Assembly: GCA_963676615.1 (NCBI GenBank)
Contig: OY781092.1
Coordinates: 32,586 to 96,585, forward strand
From: Candidatus Cloacimonadota bacterium
Lineage (GTDB): Bacteria; Cloacimonadota; Cloacimonadia; G963667145
Direction: 5' to 3'
DNA: 64,000 nucleotides
Under the pieces are notes generated by a model. The model did no database searches. It was given only the letters and a program-made list of their open reading frames with translations, and was not told where the DNA came from. The position numbers and the translations under genes are program-made. Positions within the stretch are counted from its first letter, which is position 1. Each line of letters starts with the position of its first letter. Positions 51,917 to 58,410 of this stretch are shown here, piece after piece.

Positions 51917-52777
51917 ATGTTGGGGTTTATTGGCAAAATTTTCGGCGGCGGAACAGTTAAAAAAGGACTAGATTTGGCGGACAAAGCGTTTTACACAGAC
52001 CAAGAGAAAGCTAATATGGATTTGAAGTTGGCGCAGGCTTACGGGCAGAATAGTCCAGCTAGCTCAAAGGCGAGGCGGTTTATGATGTATCTTTTTTGTG
52101 TGCCGTTTATGCTGTGTTTTTTGACGGGGTTTGTGCATTTGCTGCTGGGTAATTCGGCGGAGATAAACAACATAATAAACTATGTAAATCTGTGGAATTT
52201 GCCTGCGCTGGTGGGAGGTATTTTGCTGTTCTATTTCGGCAGGCAGGCTATGGCAGAGGCGCAAAGCAATAAGCGGATTAAGAATTTGGCGTTGTTGAAA
52301 AAGGAAGAGGCGAAAGTTATTAAGCCCAAATATAGCAAAGAAGAACAAAAGCTGCTCAATTCTAGTTTGCCAAATATCAAACTAATAAGAACGGCTCGAC
52401 CAAGCAACGCAACACAAGGCGTGCTGGTTAAAGACGAAGAAATTTTTTGCTTAACAATGGAAAAGGCGTGGCGTGATAATAAGAGCAATGTTTCGTGCAT
52501 CCCTGCTGGGGTGTATAAGTGCGAGATGACGCCTAGTAGTATGGATAGCGACGGCGACGCTTACCAGGTGCTAGATGTGCCAAACAGAACGAGCGTGAAA
52601 ATCCACGCAGGGAATGAGCAAGGTGACAGTCAAGGATGCATCTTGCTTGGCAGTGCTACAGAACTTGGCAAGGTGGATGGCAAGGCGTTCCAATTTCAAA
52701 GCAAAAAAGCGGTGCGAGCTTTTGAAAAAGCGATGAATAAAAAGCCGTTTGTGCTGGAAATCGTGGAGGTGGTATGA
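51917..52777 (+). CDS. Holin-like 3-TM N-terminal domain fused to DUF5675-like domain
   Basis: The N-terminus resembles GTA-type 3-TM holins. The C-terminal IPAGVYKC...VKIHAGNEQGDSQGCILLG matches the DUF5675 pattern. Confidence 0.55.
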   Translation: MLGFIGKIFGGGTVKKGLDLADKAFYTDQEKANMDLKLAQAYGQNSPASSKARRFMMYLFCVPFMLCFLTGFVHLLLGNSAEINNIINYVNLWNLPALVGGILLFYFGRQAMAEAQSNKRIKNLALLKKEEAKVIKPKYSKEEQKLLNSSLPNIKLIRTARPSNATQGVLVKDEEIFCLTMEKAWRDNKSNVSCIPAGVYKCEMTPSSMDSDGDAYQVLDVPNRTSVKIHAGNEQGDSQGCILLGSATELGKVDGKAFQFQSKKAVRAFEKAMNKKPFVLEIVEVV

Positions 52778-52799
52778 TACCAGTTGATGGAGAACGAAA

Positions 52800-52874
52800 A
52801 TGAAGAGTCCGTTAGCGTATGTTGGAGGCAAGAGCAAAAAAGTTTTAGTAAAAAAAAATAAACTTTTTACTTGA
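52800..52874 (+). pseudogene. Possible 5' remnant of a Dam-type N6-adenine methyltransferase
   Basis: The 24-codon ORF MKSPLAYVGGKSKK resembles the D12-class N-terminal SPL.Y.GGK motif, then terminates. Confidence 0.35.
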
Positions 52875-52909
52875 CAGGAAGTCAGACCGTTATAGTGTAG
52901 TTGTATAAT
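52851..52909 (+). promoter_or_regulatory. Conserved cassette leader / putative promoter of hicAB-1
   Basis: AAAAAAAATAAACTTTTTACTTGACA, then TATAAT at 52904-52909. Same layout and 33-nt TTGAC-to-ATAAT spacing as at 53813-53872. Confidence 0.5.
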
Positions 52910-52930
52910 TAAAAAGCAGGGAAAAGAAAA

Positions 52931-53191
52931 ATGAAATTGAACAGCAAACAAAGAAAGACTTTAGAGGCAGTATTCGGTAAGCCTACTAAAACTAACATCA
53001 AGTGGAACGAAGTTGTAAATTTGTTAATTGCTTTGGGCGTTAAGCAAGGTCAAGGTAGCGGTTCGAGAGTATTTTTTATTTTTGGGAATGAAAAATTGGC
53101 GATGCACAAGCCACATCCTGCTAATACAATTAAAAGATATGTTGTAGAAGACATCAGAGATTTTTTAAGGAGGATAAATGTTACACTATAA
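52931..53191 (+). CDS. hicA: HicA-family toxin (copy 1)
   Basis: 86 aa. KQRKTLEAVF..P....I.W..V..L and HKPHP motifs. Overlaps the hicB start. Confidence 0.85.
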   Translation: MKLNSKQRKTLEAVFGKPTKTNIKWNEVVNLLIALGVKQGQGSGSRVFFIFGNEKLAMHKPHPANTIKRYVVEDIRDFLRRINVTL

Positions 53192-53498
53192 AGGCTATAC
53201 AGGCTCGGTTGATTATTCCGAAGAGGATAAAATTTTTTTTGGACGAGTGGCTGGGATCAGAGACATCATTTCGTATGAGGGTGAAACTTCTGCTGAATTG
53301 GAGCAAGATTTTAGAGATGGGATTGATGATTATTTGAAAAATTGTGAAATTTGTGGGCAGCAGCCAAATAAGCCTTTTGCTGACGAAATCAAAATAAAAA
53401 CTACTCCTGAATTTCACGAAAAAGTTTATTTGAAAGCTCTTAAAAACGGGAAAAGTGTTGATGATTTCGTGCAAGGAGCAATCGAAAAAGTGCTATGA
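53178..53498 (+). CDS. hicB: HicB-family antitoxin (copy 1)
   Basis: YKGYTGSVDYSEEDKIFFGRV..I.D.I.YEG.T..EL...F...IDDYL and a C-terminal RHH-like tail. Confidence 0.85.
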   Translation: MLHYKGYTGSVDYSEEDKIFFGRVAGIRDIISYEGETSAELEQDFRDGIDDYLKNCEICGQQPNKPFADEIKIKTTPEFHEKVYLKALKNGKSVDDFVQGAIEKVL

Positions 53499-53824
53499 GT
53501 TTTGATAAGGATAAATACTATCTCGGGCGGCTTTGCAAGTATGGGCATAATTTTGATAACACAGGCAAATCCCTCCGCTACAAATCGTCTAGGCAGTGCG
53601 TGGAGTGTAGCTCCAGCAAGAGCGCTTTTATACCCAAGCCAAAAAGTTTTGAGACTGATGTGAAAAATTTTCAAGTGCAGGCGAAAAAGAACAATATTGA
53701 GCTGTATGAAAATTTTAAACTAGAGGCAAAAAAAAGGGTTGGATCTGTCAAGTTGGCGGTGGTGGAGGCGATGAGAATGTGGCTAGCGGAGGAAAAAAAC
53801 GTTGTGTCTTGCAAAAAAAAATAA
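53495..53824 (+). CDS. Zinc-finger-like (C..GH...C..C) plus RHH-like protein
   Basis: ATGA coupling to hicB-1. LGRLCKYGHNFDNTGKSLRYKSSRQCVEC motif. The C-terminal LAVVEAMRMWL is RHH-like. Confidence 0.5.
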   Translation: MSFDKDKYYLGRLCKYGHNFDNTGKSLRYKSSRQCVECSSSKSAFIPKPKSFETDVKNFQVQAKKNNIELYENFKLEAKKRVGSVKLAVVEAMRMWLAEEKNVVSCKKK

Positions 53825-53872
53825 ACTTTTTGCTTGACGAAAAATCACTCTGTCACAGTATAGATACATAAT
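53813..53872 (+). promoter_or_regulatory. Conserved cassette leader / putative promoter of hicAB-2
   Basis: AAAAAAAAATAAACTTTTTGCTTGACG, then CATAAT at 53867-53872. Paralogous to 52851-52909. Confidence 0.5.
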
Positions 53873-53891
53873 TGAAACAGAGGAACAAAAG

Positions 53892-54152
53892 ATGAGCAAG
53901 AAAGACAAGACACTAAAAGCTATTTTCACAAACCCTAAAAAATCAAATATCAAATGGAGCGATTTTGTTAGCTTAGTAAAAAGTTTGGGCGGAACGGTGG
54001 AAAGTGATAACAGTGGCTCAAATCACACTTTTAGACTTGGAAAGCAAATTTTGAACCTGCACAGACCACATCCAAACAACGAAATTAAAAAATGTTACAT
54101 CAAAATAATAAGAGAGTTTTTAGAGAAAGGGAGCGAAAATGTTAAATTATAA
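53892..54152 (+). CDS. hicA: HicA-family toxin (copy 2)
   Basis: 86 aa. KTLKAIF.NP....I.W.DF..L and HRPHP. Diverged paralogue of copy 1. Confidence 0.85.
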   Translation: MSKKDKTLKAIFTNPKKSNIKWSDFVSLVKSLGGTVESDNSGSNHTFRLGKQILNLHRPHPNNEIKKCYIKIIREFLEKGSENVKL

Positions 54153-54459
54153 AGGATATTCTGCTTCGTATCAATACGAGGCAGAGGACAATCTTTTTCT
54201 TGGTCAAGTGTTGGGGATTGATCATCAGATTGTCTTTGAGGGACAGACCGAAGAGGAAGCCAAAGAAAGTTTTAGACATTCCGTAGATAATTATTTGGGC
54301 TATTGTAAAAAAAATAATATAGTGCCGCAATATCCAAAATTGGAAAAAGTATCAATCAAGTTGCCAAAATTTTGTTTTGAAAAAGCCAATCAAAAAGCCA
54401 AACAACTCGGTGAGTCGGTAGATCAATTTTTCCTTGATGCTATTCAAAAAGTTTTGTAA
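54139..54459 (+). CDS. hicB: HicB-family antitoxin (copy 2)
   Basis: 106 aa, the same length and motif layout as copy 1 (YKGYSASYQYEAEDNLFLGQV). Confidence 0.85.
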   Translation: MLNYKGYSASYQYEAEDNLFLGQVLGIDHQIVFEGQTEEEAKESFRHSVDNYLGYCKKNNIVPQYPKLEKVSIKLPKFCFEKANQKAKQLGESVDQFFLDAIQKVL

Positions 54460-54469
54460 AAACTAGCGA

Positions 54470-54496
54470 AATGGGCAGACGCTGTGTCTGCCCATT
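54470..54496. terminator. Bidirectional hairpin terminator (11-bp perfect stem)
   Basis: AATGGGCAGAC-gctgt-GTCTGCCCATT between convergent hicB-2 and the DUF2188 gene. Confidence 0.75.
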
Positions 54497-54508
54497 ATAT
54501 TTCAAATT

Positions 54509-54748
54509 TTAGCCTATGGATTTAACAGGGTCGTTACCATAGCTATTTCGGTCTCTGAATTTGCCATCTTTTCCGTGTATGAAGAGTTCAGATTTTTGAT
54601 TTATAGCAATTTTCCTACCGTAAGCAGCAGCTTCTGCTTGAGTTCTAAATACTTTTGTTGCCGTTTTATTTCCTTCGCCCACTACAGCCCAACCATCACC
54701 ATATTTCACTACATGTTGATTTTTTCCCATAATTTTAAAATTGTTCAT
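54509..54748 (-). CDS. DUF2188-family protein
   Basis: HVVKYGDGWAV..EGN..ATKVF.TQ.EA..YGR.IA...KSEL.IHGKDG.. matches the DUF2188 pattern. Confidence 0.75.
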   Translation of the reverse strand: MNNFKIMGKNQHVVKYGDGWAVVGEGNKTATKVFRTQAEAAAYGRKIAINQKSELFIHGKDGKFRDRNSYGNDPVKSIG

Positions 54749-54761
54749 TTGAAAATATCAC

Positions 54762-55739
54762 TTAGATTAAAAAAGGTGTTAGTTTATTTTCACTGGTTAT
54801 TATTATATTACAACCTTCTCTTTTTAGTTCCAAAGCTTTTTCTATCTTCCGTCCAGCAGAGGTTTGTATCCAATTTTCATTAGCGAGTGTTCCAACTACC
54901 AATATATTGGTAGATTTAGATAAGTTATTTTTAGGATTGGCACCAGCATTTTCCAAAATGTCAAAAATCTCCGACCTTTTCCCAAAGAGGAAATTGCCAG
55001 TTAAACAAATTCTTTTGTTTTTAATCGACTTAATGTCTTCCTGGAACAAAGAAGTTGCCCCACCTACAGCACAACCATCTGCTGTAAAATCGATGCCAGT
55101 AATTTTTTTTATTAGAGTGCAAAGTTCCTTTAGTTCTTTAGGTTCTACTCTGTTATCTGCTAATATGTCTTTAACTTTATTTCTGATTACACTATAGGGG
55201 AACGAGTCCGCAAGTTCTTGGCAATAACCTAAGAATTTGTGCAGTTCTTTAAATTCGTTTAAATTGATAATATTATCCGCGGCTATTCCATTTAGGAATC
55301 CAGAAAATTCATTATTTTTGTCTTCAAGAAATCTGAAATCTTCAGAGTATTCTATGCAACTTTTTAATTCCCTAAGGAGTTCATCTTTCTTCTCTTCATT
55401 TATTGCCCCAACTCTTAATATTTCATTTATAGTCTCTAATAGGTCAAAGGTATCATCAAAAGATGCCCCTTGATTTTCGAGCCAAGACTGCAAAAAGAGT
55501 ATTTCTGCATCTTCAATTTTCCCATCACAACTAATCCCTCGCAGTATGCCTGTCAAAGAGTTAGCAGCTTTGCTCCTATTTCTTTTATAGTTATAGATAT
55601 AGAGTTTCTTTTTATCAGGTTCTACAAATTTCTTGGGCTTCTTTGACTTGGGAGCGTTTGATTTTGAGGTTTTGGGTGATGCCTTAGACTTAATTTTCGT
55701 TGTGGTTTCTTTTGATTTTAAAAAACTAAATATTCCCAT
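54762..55739 (-). CDS. Lys-rich N-tail / TerB-like repeats / C-terminal BRCT-domain protein
   Basis: ICLTGNFLFGKRSEIFDILENAGA...KSTNILVVG...GRKIEKALEL aligns by eye with the LigA BRCT. GISCDGKIEDAEILFL and GIAADNIINLNEFKEL resemble TerB-type ADG.i...E motifs. Confidence 0.6.
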   Translation of the reverse strand: MGIFSFLKSKETTTKIKSKASPKTSKSNAPKSKKPKKFVEPDKKKLYIYNYKRNRSKAANSLTGILRGISCDGKIEDAEILFLQSWLENQGASFDDTFDLLETINEILRVGAINEEKKDELLRELKSCIEYSEDFRFLEDKNNEFSGFLNGIAADNIINLNEFKELHKFLGYCQELADSFPYSVIRNKVKDILADNRVEPKELKELCTLIKKITGIDFTADGCAVGGATSLFQEDIKSIKNKRICLTGNFLFGKRSEIFDILENAGANPKNNLSKSTNILVVGTLANENWIQTSAGRKIEKALELKREGCNIIITSENKLTPFLI

Positions 55740-55768
55740 TTTTATATCCTTGGTTATCTATTTTTATT

Positions 55769-56146
55769 TTACGCCTTTACCAGTTTGGAATGAACCAGTT
55801 CAAGAGCAATATTTTTAGCTTTTTCCAGCTCAGCATCAAGATTTTGGTTTTCTTTTTTTAGGTCAGTGACCTGTTTTTCCAACATTTTGATTTTTTTTAT
55901 CATTTTTTCGTCTTCCTCTGTATCCAAAAACATTGCCCCCTTGCCCAGCATTAGCCAAGTCGGGTTGACATTCAGTTTATTTATTATTTTGCTAATTAGT
56001 TCTTTTGAAGCGTCTATTTTGTAGGTGAACATTCTATTAATTAATGTTCTTGAAATCTCTATATCATTGGCAAAATCTGCCTGCTTTGTGTAGTTGTTGT
56101 GCTTGTAGATCAATTTTACTCTATCAATTAACTCTTTATTTATCAT
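55769..56146 (-). CDS. Phage CI-type repressor (HTH) with coiled-coil C-terminus
   Basis: The Phage_CI_repr-like pattern ends in NPTWLMLGKGAMF. C-terminal heptad-rich LEKQVTDLKKENQNLDAELEKAK. No S24 Ser/Lys domain. Confidence 0.8.
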   Translation of the reverse strand: MINKELIDRVKLIYKHNNYTKQADFANDIEISRTLINRMFTYKIDASKELISKIINKLNVNPTWLMLGKGAMFLDTEEDEKMIKKIKMLEKQVTDLKKENQNLDAELEKAKNIALELVHSKLVKA

Positions 56147-56192
56147 ACAAATAACCTCTATCTATTAAAAAAGTTCAAAAAAACAACTTGAC

Positions 56193-56209
56193 AGTTCAGT
56201 TATTGAACT
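56193..56209. promoter_or_regulatory. Candidate operator palindrome in repressor/early divergent region
   Basis: AGTTCA-gttat-TGAACT perfect inverted repeat. An additional AGTTCA half-site lies at 56172-56177 and a TTGACA at 56188-56193. Confidence 0.45.
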
Positions 56210-56378
56210 TACATTGACCACATAATCAACAACAAGTCGTTTTTAAGATACGGCAGGAATGCGGTCAAGATATTTTTTGGTTGTAGTTATTTTTTAAGAG
56301 ATGTATAGAAGTGTGACTATAGGTTTTGATTGACATTAAGCTCTACAAGGAGTTTTTTTATCAGAAAGGAGTGTTTAT

Positions 56379-56885
56379 ATGGATAATCAAGAGTTGGTGA
56401 CTAAAGATTTGGAAGGGGTAAAGAATGATAGGCAAAAGGCAGAGTTTATTTTCGCCAGAGGCAAAGATTTCATAGACTTTGCCAATGAGAACTGTAAGCA
56501 TATGGACAATAAAGCCTACCAACTAATTGGTGTTTTGTTCTTGATGTTGCCGATATTGGTGGCTTTTAGAGCCAAATTGTTGGAGCTTGGATGTTGCGCG
56601 TATTTTTTCGCTATTTGCTATGGGCTAGTTTTTTTGCTATTGTGTGTGATAGTTTGCCCAAGAAGTAATGCTACTTCGGGTAATCCTCCAAAAACTTATT
56701 TAAATTTAGCAGACCAAAAATACTCGGAGATGGTTGCAAGTTGTTTGTATCTCATTTATGACGCATGCAAGACAAACTTGGCAGTTGTTGAAAAAAAAGC
56801 TACCTGTCTAAAGGTAGCTTTGGGCTTGCTTTTTTTATCATTTGTTTTTCTGGGTATTGGTGTTTTTACTGTCTTCAATGTGTAA
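56379..56885 (+). CDS. Membrane protein resembling Pycsar-effector (DUF5706)/SLATT-type effectors
   Basis: About 50-aa helical N-terminus ending in MDNKAYQLIG, then 2 adjacent TM helices, a 35-aa loop and a third TM. AAGGAG SD. Confidence 0.45.
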   Translation: MDNQELVTKDLEGVKNDRQKAEFIFARGKDFIDFANENCKHMDNKAYQLIGVLFLMLPILVAFRAKLLELGCCAYFFAICYGLVFLLLCVIVCPRSNATSGNPPKTYLNLADQKYSEMVASCLYLIYDACKTNLAVVEKKATCLKVALGLLFLSFVFLGIGVFTVFNV

Positions 56886-56969
56886 TTTTTCTTTGTTAAC
56901 AGAGTTTTGCAACAATGTATTTGTTGTTTGAGGTTTCTTAGGACTTTCATCTTTGTAAATTTTCGTCAT
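56838..56969 (-). CDS. Possible 43-aa hydrophilic ORF convergent with and overlapping the membrane-protein gene
   Basis: ATG 56969 is preceded by AAGGAGAG at appropriate spacing. It overlaps the 3' 48 nt of 56379-56885. Confidence 0.25.
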   Translation of the reverse strand: MTKIYKDESPKKPQTTNTLLQNSVNKEKLHIEDSKNTNTQKNK

Positions 56970-57078
56970 TTCTGCTCTCTCCTTTTTTATGAGTTGACTA
57001 TGACATAAAAAATAAGGGGAGGGCGGGAATGTCAACCAAAATCTGGTCACATTTTAGTTAAAAAAACAGGAGGATTTT

Positions 57079-57360
57079 GTGACAAGGCAGCAACTGCGAG
57101 ACACCCAATTACAAATGCAAATATCTATCAAAGAGTTAGCGCTTGGATGCGGGGTGCACCGCGACACGATGGGCAAAGTCATAAATGGGAAATATGGAAG
57201 AGAAGATTTTGCTAAAGTCATTCTCGCTAAGGCAGAAAAGTATTTGAACAGTCGTCGCTGGAAGTGTGTAGATTGTGGATACATTTCTGACCAAAAGGGG
57301 TATTGCCCCGAATGTGATGGGCATACTTGGGTAAAATATTATGTGCAAAAAAATGATTAA
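57079..57360 (+). CDS. XRE-type HTH plus zinc-ribbon regulator (Cro/antirepressor-like position)
   Basis: ISIKELALGCGVHRDTMGKVINGK HTH. CVDCG...CPEC ribbon. GTG start with a AGGAGG SD. Confidence 0.6.
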   Translation: MTRQQLRDTQLQMQISIKELALGCGVHRDTMGKVINGKYGREDFAKVILAKAEKYLNSRRWKCVDCGYISDQKGYCPECDGHTWVKYYVQKND

Positions 57361-57631
57361 AGATGTTCCAAACGAGATTATAGGGCTTTGTAGAAAATAT
57401 TACAACGCAGGCTATCCGCTCGAATTTCTTTTGCGTGATTTCCATCCGACTTGTGGAGAAATAAATGAGCTCGACTTATATCTCTACAAAAAAGATTTGA
57501 AAACCTTGATTGAAGAAACTTGGGTGGCTGTGACAAAAGGTGAGACAACAACACTTAAACAAAGCAAAAAATTTGATAATTTTTTGGCGTGGTGGAACAA
57601 ATGCAACGCCAAGCTACAGGAGGCAATGTGA
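57341..57631 (+). CDS. Hypothetical phage early protein
   Basis: ORF overlapping its neighbours at both ends. No motif recognised. Confidence 0.45.
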   Translation: MCKKMIKDVPNEIIGLCRKYYNAGYPLEFLLRDFHPTCGEINELDLYLYKKDLKTLIEETWVAVTKGETTTLKQSKKFDNFLAWWNKCNAKLQEAM

Positions 57632-57951
57632 GCAATGTGGAACTTAACAAAGGCGACAAAATTTACCTAGCTGGTCCGATGAGCGGCAAAGAGGGACTAA
57701 ATTTTTTGGCGTTTACCCAAGCTGAACGCTATTTAGCAGAGCGCGGATATAGTGTCGCCAATCCTCACAAATTTGGAGACAAGACAAAAAGTCGTCAGTG
57801 CAATATTGCCCAAAGTCTCTTCCAAATCCAATCTTGCCAAGCGGTTTATTTCTTGCGTGGCTGGGAGCATAGCGATGGCGCAAAGTTAGAGTTTGAAGCG
57901 GCACGCAAAATGGGCAAAATCTTGATGTTTGAACATTTTTTTGATAAATAA
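57589..57951 (+). CDS. DUF4406 (nucleoside 2-deoxyribosyltransferase-like) protein
   Basis: KIYLAGPMSGKEGLNF..F..AE..L...GY.V.NP pattern and C-terminal S.GA..E...A. Start may be GTG 57628 (GTGA overlap). Confidence 0.7.
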   Translation: MVEQMQRQATGGNVSNVELNKGDKIYLAGPMSGKEGLNFLAFTQAERYLAERGYSVANPHKFGDKTKSRQCNIAQSLFQIQSCQAVYFLRGWEHSDGAKLEFEAARKMGKILMFEHFFDK

Positions 57952-57994
57952 AAAGAAAAGCAGAAAATAATAATTTTAAAAAAAGGGGATTAGC

Positions 57995-58291
57995 GTGGTA
58001 GATTTAGAGATGATGCAACAAAAAATCAACGATATTTCCGAGGTTTTGGCAAATTTGACCGTTGACGCTCCCAAAAGATTGCTGCTTCCAAAAGAGGTTG
58101 CCGAAATGCTGAACTACACAGAAAACCAAGTCAAGAAAAAAAGCAGAAATAGAGAGCTGCCAAGCTATAAATTTGGCAAAAACATCTACTTTGATCGACT
58201 GGAGTTGGAAGATATGATTTTAGCCGATAAATATAGGCGACAATCCAACCAAGAGATAGATTATCAAGTGAGTAAGGCGATGAGCAAATGA
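57995..58291 (+). CDS. xis: Excisionase-type HTH protein
   Basis: LLLPKEVAEMLNYTENQVKKKSRNRELPSYKFGKNIYFDRLELEDMI fits the MerR/AlpA-like excisionase fold. Adjacent to the integrase. Confidence 0.7.
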   Translation: MVDLEMMQQKINDISEVLANLTVDAPKRLLLPKEVAEMLNYTENQVKKKSRNRELPSYKFGKNIYFDRLELEDMILADKYRRQSNQEIDYQVSKAMSK

Positions 58292-58410
58292 GCACATCGT
58301 TTGAAGATACGAAGTTGGCGATTTTGTAATAATCGCCCATAAAATAACCTTGCCCCAAATAGGCAAAATTGGGGCAGCAATTTGATAGAAATTTATAGAT
58401 GTGGAGATTA

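Noticed and set aside
52871-52909. TTGACA at 52871 as the -35 box of a sigma-70 promoter paired with TATAAT at 52904
   Set aside because: The spacer would be 27 nt, far from the 16-18 nt optimum. TTGAC is conserved in both hicAB leaders, but it may be an operator or UP-like element and not the -35, so only a generic putative promoter call is kept.
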